From Parcubacteria group bacterium (GTDB lineage: Bacteria; Patescibacteriota; Minisyncoccia; Moranbacterales; GCA-2747515): 64,000 bases of DNA. The translations under genes and the position numbers were made by a program. Below the pieces are notes generated by a model. It had not been told where the DNA came from, did not search any database, and was given only the letters and a program-made list of their open reading frames with translations. This document shows, piece by piece, positions 58,055-64,000 of the stretch. How positions within the stretch are numbered: position 1 is the stretch's first letter; each line of letters opens with the position of its first letter. Where the stretch lies: contig JBAZXC010000004.1 in NCBI GenBank assembly GCA_041660065.1, positions 10,098 through 74,097 on the forward strand. The letters are read 5' to 3'.

Positions 58055-58365
58055 GTAAAATAATTAAGATTAAGGATCTTGTCGGTGATTTTGCAGAAAA
58101 TAAAGACGTGGCAAAAGATTTACGTGTCACCGATATTATGCCGACCTTGGCAGATGGTCAGGAGGTCATATTGGATTTTTCTGGAGTTAGCGGTACAACT
58201 CAATCATTTATTCACGCCTTGATCTCTGAACCAATTCGGCGGTTTCGTGATGTAGCTTTGGAAAAGATACACTACAAAAATTGTTCTGATGTTGTAAAAG
58301 AAGTTATTAAAACGGTGTCTGAATATATGCAGGAAAGTCTTGATTCGGAAAATTATGAAAAATAA
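58051..58365 (+). CDS. STAS-like small protein (DUF4325-like partner of the GHKL ATPase)
   Basis: 104 aa; translationally coupled to the ATPase; ...EVILDFSGVSGTTQSFIHALI... resembles the STAS-like DUF4325. Confidence 0.45.
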   Translation: MSKIIKIKDLVGDFAENKDVAKDLRVTDIMPTLADGQEVILDFSGVSGTTQSFIHALISEPIRRFRDVALEKIHYKNCSDVVKEVIKTVSEYMQESLDSENYEK

Positions 58366-58449
58366 TAACGATAGATGCAATTTAGTTGTAGAAAATCCGC
58401 AAAGCACTGTGGATGCTGAATAATTGGGGTCAGGCACCTTTTATCCAGG

Positions 58450-58498
58450 GGCTGTTTTTGTATAGAGAGGTAGGGACGTGTGGAACTTTTTATGATAT
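58450..58498. repeat. cassette-boundary repeat, right arm only
   Basis: GGCTGTTTTTGTATAGAGAGGTAGGGACGTGTGGAACTTTTTATGATAT. Confidence 0.6.
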
Positions 58499-58524
58499 GC
58501 TGAAAGCATATTTTATATAAATTT

Positions 58525-59196
58525 ATGTCAGCAAATATCATAAAACACTTTATTGAAACAAGAGATTTTAATTACGGATCAGTGAAAGAAAAGCTCAATG
58601 AAATCATGGATGAGCATACAAAAAAGGCGTGTGTAATGTTAAATATCAACCTTGTTAATATCATTATATGGCCAAATAGTGATGCAGTGATACCGGAAAC
58701 AGGCGAAGGTGGCCAAGTATGGTCAAAAGAACTTGTTATGATTTATATTGATCCAAGTCGTTCTGTCGCAGAACTTCAAAAGATCATTGAAACACAAATT
58801 CCAGCAACAATCTATCACGAATTAAATCATATTGCTAGGGGAAATTTTTTAAGCAAAGAAGAACTTGGTTTCCATCATAATTTATCAAAAGCAGTAATCT
58901 CAGAGGGTATCGCGTCCTATTTTGCACATGAAAAATGGTCGCAAGCTCAAATGCCATGGACAAAATACTCGGAAACAGAAATACAAGATCTTTTGAGCAT
59001 TTATTTAAGCAGAGATATTTCTGATGATGACCAATATGACCATGAAAAATGGTTTTATGGCACGGGTGATCTCCCACGATGGATCGGCTATAAATTGGGA
59101 TATTATTTCGTTGAACGTTATAAGAAACAAAATCCAAATGTTTCATGGAGCGATATTATAAAACTAAAAGATCATGAGTTCATGAAAACTGTGTAA
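58525..59196 (+). CDS. putative Zn-dependent protease (HExxH; DUF2268-like)
   Basis: 223 aa; the HELNHIARG zinc-binding motif is in a soluble protein. Confidence 0.5.
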   Translation: MSANIIKHFIETRDFNYGSVKEKLNEIMDEHTKKACVMLNINLVNIIIWPNSDAVIPETGEGGQVWSKELVMIYIDPSRSVAELQKIIETQIPATIYHELNHIARGNFLSKEELGFHHNLSKAVISEGIASYFAHEKWSQAQMPWTKYSETEIQDLLSIYLSRDISDDDQYDHEKWFYGTGDLPRWIGYKLGYYFVERYKKQNPNVSWSDIIKLKDHEFMKTV

Positions 59197-59207
59197 ATCA
59201 TATTTTT

Positions 59208-59278
59208 TCATCAAAAAAGTTCCAACGTCGTCCCACTCCTTGTAAAGGAAATCACGCAATTTACTGCGTGGTTTTTTT
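59208..59278. repeat. cassette-boundary repeat, left arm + terminator hairpin
   Basis: TTCATCAAAAAAGTTCCAACGTCGTCCCACTCC, then CACGCAatttacTGCGTGGTTTTTTT. Confidence 0.6.
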
Positions 59279-59515
59279 AATTTAATTCTAATCTTGATTG
59301 CAGGTGACAATTCGCAAAAAGCCAAGTATGGTAGAAAATGGGATTTTCTGCCTAAAGTTGCGAAAACTTACTGAACGGGAGTATACTGTAAATAATTCGT
59401 AAACTTTATAATATGTCGAATATAAAAATAAATCATGGAAGAAAATTATCTAAATTGAAAGATGAAAATATGTGGAGTATAAAATTTTGAATTTATCATA
59501 ATTAATGAATCGCAT

Positions 59516-59926
59516 ATGAAACAGTATAGTATTTTTATAAGTCATTCATGGGCTTATGGCGAAAACTATAATAGGCTCATCAAAATGCTTAATAATGATC
59601 CCTATTTTCATTTTAAAGATTATTCTGTTCCAAAGCATGATCCCATTCATAATGCTCCAAATCAACTTCTTTTAAAGCAAGCGATTGCAAATCAAATAAG
59701 ATTTTGTGATGTCGTAATAATATTAGCGGGTGTTTATTCAACATATAGCAAGTGGATCAATATTGAAATTGACATTGCTAAGAATGGCTTTCAATATCCA
59801 AAATCTATTCTTGCAATTGAGCCTTGGGCTAGTGAAAAAACATCACAAATTGTCAAGAAAAATGCCGATAAAATAGTTAGGTGGCAAACATGTTCAATTG
59901 TTGATGCAATAAAAGGATTAGCCTAA
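59516..59926 (+). CDS. TIR-like domain protein (DUF1863/ThsB-like)
   Basis: 136 aa; YSIFISHSWAYGENY...CDVVIILAGVYSTYSKWINIEIDIA fits the bacterial TIR-like pattern (FIShS ... S.W...E); AT-rich (about 30% GC); 12 nt upstream of the next gene. Confidence 0.5.
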   Translation: MKQYSIFISHSWAYGENYNRLIKMLNNDPYFHFKDYSVPKHDPIHNAPNQLLLKQAIANQIRFCDVVIILAGVYSTYSKWINIEIDIAKNGFQYPKSILAIEPWASEKTSQIVKKNADKIVRWQTCSIVDAIKGLA

Positions 59927-59938
59927 ATCATAATCTTT

Positions 59939-60466
59939 ATGGATATTAAAAAATTGGAAGAAAAACTATTTGTTTCGAAGAATGAAAATTATGGAGATAA
60001 ATATATAGAACACTTATTGGAACAATATAAGGTTTATATTGACTCTGCAGAAAAAATAAGTGATCGTAGACAAAAATCAAATGAATTTTTTCTTGCTTTA
60101 AATAGTAGCTTGGTTGCATTATTGGGATATATACTTGCGAAAAATAGTGATTCAGAAATAGTAAGCTTGTTCATTCTATCTTCTATTTCAGGGATCGTAT
60201 TATGTTATTTTTGGTATAGAATTATTTATTCTTATAAATGTTTAAATAGTGGAAAATTCAAAGTTATTCACATGATTGAAAGACGATTACCACTAGCGCT
60301 TTATGACACAGAATGGGAAATATTGGAAAGAGGAAAAAACAAGAAAGTTTACTGGCCGTTCTCGCATATTGAGCTCATGGTCCCTTGGATATTTATTATT
60401 ATTTATATAACCATTTTATTTCTCAACCTATGTCCAAAAATAGGAGCGTTGATATGTGCAATGTAA
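59939..60466 (+). CDS. small 3-TM protein, SLATT-like candidate effector (paralog 1)
   Basis: 175 aa; an N-terminal amphipathic helix, two closely spaced TM helices (FFLALNSSLVALLGYIL / IVSLFILSSISGIVLCYFWY), a soluble loop and a C-terminal TM; overlaps the next gene by 11 nt. Confidence 0.5.
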   Translation: MDIKKLEEKLFVSKNENYGDKYIEHLLEQYKVYIDSAEKISDRRQKSNEFFLALNSSLVALLGYILAKNSDSEIVSLFILSSISGIVLCYFWYRIIYSYKCLNSGKFKVIHMIERRLPLALYDTEWEILERGKNKKVYWPFSHIELMVPWIFIIIYITILFLNLCPKIGALICAM

Positions 60467-61001
60467 ATGGAGGATAAATATGAAAAAAGAAAAAAACATA
60501 GAATTAATTTATTCTGAGGTAAAAGAGAGATTAAATAGGCAGATAGATTCCATAGATCAGGTGGCAGTTAAATTTAATTTTTTACTTGCGCTTAATAGTA
60601 TAATATTGGCTTCACTCTTACAATCTAACCTTTTAGGATCTCGAAAGGAATGTATTTCATGGATGATGTTTTTTGCAGTAGTGTGCTTTTTTTTATCAAT
60701 CCTATTTGACTTGAGAGGGCTAGTTATGCAAAAGTATAGACGAGATCCTGATCCACAAAAACTTTATGAAGGATATTTCAACAAATCAAAGCAATATACT
60801 CAAGAAGTCTTAATCATTAATTACGTGCATGCTTTCAATGAAAATGTGAAAAAATTACATCATGTTAACAAATTTTTTGCTTATTCAATATTTTCTTCCT
60901 CTATTGCTTTAATATTTGTTTTTATAAATTTAATTAATCCTAATTTAATTTTCATATGGAAAATGATAATAAAGATGATGTGTCAGATATGCCAAAGTTA
61001 G
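60456..61001 (+). CDS. small 3-TM protein, SLATT-like candidate effector (paralog 2)
   Basis: 181 aa; same architecture as the upstream gene; shared LALNS(I/S)(I/L)LAxLL motif. Confidence 0.5.
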   Translation: MQCKWRINMKKEKNIELIYSEVKERLNRQIDSIDQVAVKFNFLLALNSIILASLLQSNLLGSRKECISWMMFFAVVCFFLSILFDLRGLVMQKYRRDPDPQKLYEGYFNKSKQYTQEVLIINYVHAFNENVKKLHHVNKFFAYSIFSSSIALIFVFINLINPNLIFIWKMIIKMMCQICQS

Positions 61002-61127
61002 AAACTGAAGATGAAACGCCAAAATTTGATCCGAAACTAGTTAGCTATGAGGAAAAGGGTTATGATCCACATAGTAAAAATGTAAAGAATTTTTCGAAAA
61101 AGGACGACAGTGAATAGTTGTATATAA

Positions 61128-61598
61128 ATGACAATCCTAAAAAAATCATATTTGAAGAACAAGGATGAAGATCTGATTCATCTTCGAGCAATAAAATTTG
61201 GGATGAATTTTCCTAATGGTTTTATGTATGAACATTTTAAGAAGCGATACGAAACACATAGAGTGAATGATTGGAAAATTGTTGATGAATTTTTGCAAGA
61301 AGCATATAATAATAAAAATGGAACTTCTAACCGAATCACTCCATTTGTTTTGCTTGAGAGAGGGCCAAATGGGAACGCAGATACTTCAAAATATATATTG
61401 AGTTATGAGGCATATTTTAATTATTTGGCATATCGAAATGCAAAGAGGACTATTTGGATTGGTGTCGGAGCAATAATAGTTAGCGTAGTATTGTCTTTAT
61501 TAACTTTTATTGATAATACATATGAAGACAACAATAATAAAAAAGATGAAAGATATCACTATCAAAATATTTTCAGAGGCTCGCAAAATTGCAAATGA
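61128..61598 (+). CDS. hypothetical protein with C-terminal TM
   Basis: 156 aa; AT-rich; no motif. Confidence 0.45.
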   Translation: MTILKKSYLKNKDEDLIHLRAIKFGMNFPNGFMYEHFKKRYETHRVNDWKIVDEFLQEAYNNKNGTSNRITPFVLLERGPNGNADTSKYILSYEAYFNYLAYRNAKRTIWIGVGAIIVSVVLSLLTFIDNTYEDNNNKKDERYHYQNIFRGSQNCK

Positions 61599-61655
61599 AA
61601 AAATGAATCAAATATAGTGTTATTAATTAGAAATTTGACAGAAAATATCGTTTGT

Positions 61656-61745
61656 TATCAAAAAAGTTCCAACATCGTCCCACACTCCCCGCACAGATTT
61701 TAAGTCCAAGATAATGGGACTTTTTGATGGGGAAGTTTGTCATTT
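61656..61745. repeat. cassette-boundary composite repeat (variant)
   Basis: TATCAAAAAAGTTCCAACATCGTCCCACACTCCCCG, hairpin AAGTCCaagataatgGGACTT, then TTTTGATGGGGAAGTTTGTCAT. Confidence 0.65.
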
Positions 61746-61766
61746 TTAAACAAGGTCATATAATGA

Positions 61767-62465
61767 ATGCATAAACATAATAAGGCATGCATCATGGATA
61801 AGGCAATAGAGAAAAAACCAACTGCACTAGATGTTAAACTAAAGAAAAAACTTGACTTACTTCGACGTTATTGGTTTGCATACAAGCGAGCGCATCATGC
61901 CCTTTTAGGGGAAATTGAAGAAAACCAAATACTCTTACAGTTTCATGAGTGTAGAAAATTTAATACTTGGCAATTAAATGAGGCATTATATAGATACGCT
62001 GAATCTTCGATAAGTGCTCTATTTTGGTTGTTTCCAGATATGAAATACAAGGATTATCCTTTTGTACACAAATTCTTGAGGAAGTGGCGTAATGGAAATC
62101 AGCATGATGAACGAACGGATTTTTTTCTAAATGATGGAGGTTTTCAATATAATAATAAGAGGCATGATTTACCCTTAGGGTATAATGTGCTTCCCGTTTT
62201 CAATCTAAATAAAGAACTAAAAAAAGTTGTGAAATCACAGTTTGGTTCGGATAAAATTGCAACGGATGCAACAGTGGTGGAATTGGTTAAAAATCATCAT
62301 ATATTTATGGTTAAAAAATTTAATGAATATGAAGCAAATCTAAATAAAGAATTGCCAAAGAAATATTTGCAATCAATTGTGCAGGAACACATGACGATGT
62401 ATGGGGGAGTGCATGATGAGTTTGTTTCGGAAGATGATTTTTGGAAAGGAGAAATTAATAAATAA
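61767..62465 (+). CDS. hypothetical protein
   Basis: 232 aa, soluble and basic; no motif. Confidence 0.45.
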   Translation: MHKHNKACIMDKAIEKKPTALDVKLKKKLDLLRRYWFAYKRAHHALLGEIEENQILLQFHECRKFNTWQLNEALYRYAESSISALFWLFPDMKYKDYPFVHKFLRKWRNGNQHDERTDFFLNDGGFQYNNKRHDLPLGYNVLPVFNLNKELKKVVKSQFGSDKIATDATVVELVKNHHIFMVKKFNEYEANLNKELPKKYLQSIVQEHMTMYGGVHDEFVSEDDFWKGEINK

Positions 62466-62502
62466 TAATCATTTTACTTTTGATAAAATGATACTGTTTT
62501 AT

Positions 62503-62628
62503 TCATCAAAAAAGTTATAACATCATCCCACACTCTCCACCAGTTGCTTGCGAAGAAGATTTAGAACAGCTCGTTTTTACGGGCTGTTTTTGTATGGGGA
62601 GATAGAGATGTTGATTTTTTTGTGATAC
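62503..62628. repeat. cassette-boundary composite repeat (full copy, divergent hairpin)
   Basis: TTCATCAAAAAAGTTATAACATCATCCCACACTCTCC, variable hairpin region ...CAGCTCGTTTTTACGGGCTG, then TTTTTGTATGGGGAGATAGAGATGTTGATTTTTTTGTGATAC. Confidence 0.65.
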
Positions 62629-62665
62629 AGTTAAAATAATAGTTAATTTTATTAACGTAAACCAT

Positions 62666-63175
62666 ATGAAAAAAATAATATACTTTTTTATTGCTGGATT
62701 TATAATTGGACTGCTAATTTCTCCTGTAGCTGGAATGGCAAATAGCGTTACGAGGAACTTGATTTTGGGGATGGCTTCTGATGTAACTATTTTGGCAATG
62801 GCGGATAAAGTTAACGATAACAAAAATTCAGATGAGCAACTTAATACAAAGATATCGGATCTTCAATCTATTGTTGATAATCAGAAAACAGAACTTGCAA
62901 ATTGTCAGCAGCAAATAGATTTACAGAGTGCAAAAATAGAGGAATCAGATTTGAAAAACGAAGGAACGCAAATTAAAATAAATAATGAAGTCGAATGTAG
63001 AAAATTGTATTCAGATAATCAAGAATGTAACACGCCGTCTTTTAGGAGTGAATTAGATTTTAATAGAATGATTGAGTCATACAAAGAGGGAATGCCAGAT
63101 AAATGGAAATCTTATAGGGATGAAAAGCTTATTGTATTTAAAAAGTGTCAAGAAATTATTAAAGAATGCGGATAA
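62666..63175 (+). CDS. secreted/membrane-anchored coiled-coil protein, hypothetical
   Basis: 169 aa; signal anchor, Gln/Asn-rich coiled-coil, 4 Cys at the C-terminus. Confidence 0.45.
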   Translation: MKKIIYFFIAGFIIGLLISPVAGMANSVTRNLILGMASDVTILAMADKVNDNKNSDEQLNTKISDLQSIVDNQKTELANCQQQIDLQSAKIEESDLKNEGTQIKINNEVECRKLYSDNQECNTPSFRSELDFNRMIESYKEGMPDKWKSYRDEKLIVFKKCQEIIKECG

Positions 63176-63180
63176 TAAAC

Positions 63181-63297
63181 CAAAAAATCTCCACCATCGT
63201 CATGTATCATGCGATGCATGACGCAGTCTCACACTCCCCGCTAACAGAAAATCCTATTATCATGTAAATGACAATGGGATTTTTTGATTGGAGATGA
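63181..63297. repeat. cassette-boundary composite repeat (variant) overlapping copy 2 of the 46-bp direct repeat
   Basis: ...CCACCATCGTCatgtatcatgcgatgcatGACgcagtCTCACACTCCCCG ... AATCCTATTATCATGTAAATGACAATGGGATTTTTTGATTGGAGATG. Confidence 0.6.
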
Positions 63298-63521
63298 ATA
63301 TAATGGCTTTTTGTACTATACTTAGTCTAAGTAATATGTATAAAATATTGATTATGGAAAAGATCAGGGTGGAACAACATGGATTCACTGCTTTTTCGTG
63401 GTTTGCCGGATGGCTTTTTACTATTGGATTTCTCCAGCTGACATTTTGGAAGGGCGTGTTGGCAATTTTGTTATGGCCATACTATATCGGCGTGGCGATC
63501 AGTCATGTGCTCGTTCAGTAA
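63288..63521 (+). CDS. small 2-TM membrane protein, hypothetical
   Basis: 77 aa with two hydrophobic helices. Confidence 0.35.
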   Translation: MEMNIMAFCTILSLSNMYKILIMEKIRVEQHGFTAFSWFAGWLFTIGFLQLTFWKGVLAILLWPYYIGVAISHVLVQ

Positions 63522-64000
63522 ATTTGTGCAAGATTATATACATTGCACATACATACTAAATTACAGAAAAAGCATCGTTCGCATGTAATAAAAAACTGCA
63601 CAACCTTGATAGGTGGTGCAGTTGGGAAGAGTGTCCTGGCAAAAGTCAGGTCATGCTATGACCGGATCATTGTCCGTTCGAGACGTGGGATGGATGACCT
63701 TTTTGGTCTGGGGGATTCATTATTAGGTTTTTCATGTACAAACAGTTGATGCCCAGACCTCTTTTAACTGCAATCTCTTTGATTTCACAGTTTTTGCCAT
63801 CCGGGCAGGTTTCACATTTGTGGAGCGATTCTTTTTCAGTGGTTGTCATGTCGTCCTACTCCTCTTGTGGATTATTTTTAAAAAACATCAATACTGATGT
63901 ATGCATTTTGACGCTTTATGCTAACATAATTATTATTGGTCGTCAAAATTGTTGAAAACAGCACGTGCGAAATCATTTTATGGTATGCTGGTCATGGAGT

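Noticed and set aside
49444-63600. Possible CRISPR array, given the regularly recurring repeats
   Set aside because: The repeats are 90-125 bp composite palindromes spaced by whole genes of 0.4-1.4 kb. They are not 25-40-bp direct repeats with 30-40-bp spacers, and no cas genes are present.
49444-63600. Calling the array a canonical integron
   Set aside because: No intI/attI is in the window, and the repeat ends do not match the RYYYAAC / GTTRRRY core sites in the expected orientation. It is kept as an integron-like hypothesis only.

Overview
This is a gene-dense bacterial chromosomal segment with about 42-45% GC and small genes. The gene complement is consistent with an uncultivated, small-genome (Patescibacteria/CPR-like) bacterium, but taxonomy cannot be fixed from this window. 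The first ~49 kb is largely core: nadE, xth, trmB, a nucleotide-sugar dehydrogenase, a two-component pair, engB, an L,D-transpeptidase, comFC, clpC, efp, the rpsF-ssb-rpsR operon, uvrB, an M16 peptidase, a FemAB transferase, a Mur ligase, lemA-htpX and pyruvate kinase. Two short hairpin repeat families are scattered through it; in one of them, two 29-bp terminal inverted repeats flank a GIY-YIG nuclease gene at one locus and lie adjacent with no cargo at another. There are two apparent single-base frameshifts: ssb in an A-run and an IMPase-family gene in a GGAGG run. There is also a tandem triplet of Zn-ribbon-PilZ proteins.
From about 49.4 kb to the window end, two tRNA-Ser genes anchor an accessory array with a marked AT shift. 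It holds single genes or short operons, nearly all on the + strand. Each is followed by a composite repeat of about 100 bp made of imperfect inverted arms around a GC hairpin. The left arm resembles the tRNA-Ser 3' end, and a roughly 46-bp direct repeat lies next to tRNA-Ser(CGA) and again about 10.5 kb downstream. The cargo includes a divergent archaeal-type ProRS homolog, an amidohydrolase, a GHKL-ATPase/STAS-like pair, a HExxH protease and, most notably, a TIR-like protein co-transcribed with two paralogous small multi-TM proteins. The latter is a candidate previously undescribed defence-like module. No integrase, CRISPR array or rRNA is present in the window.
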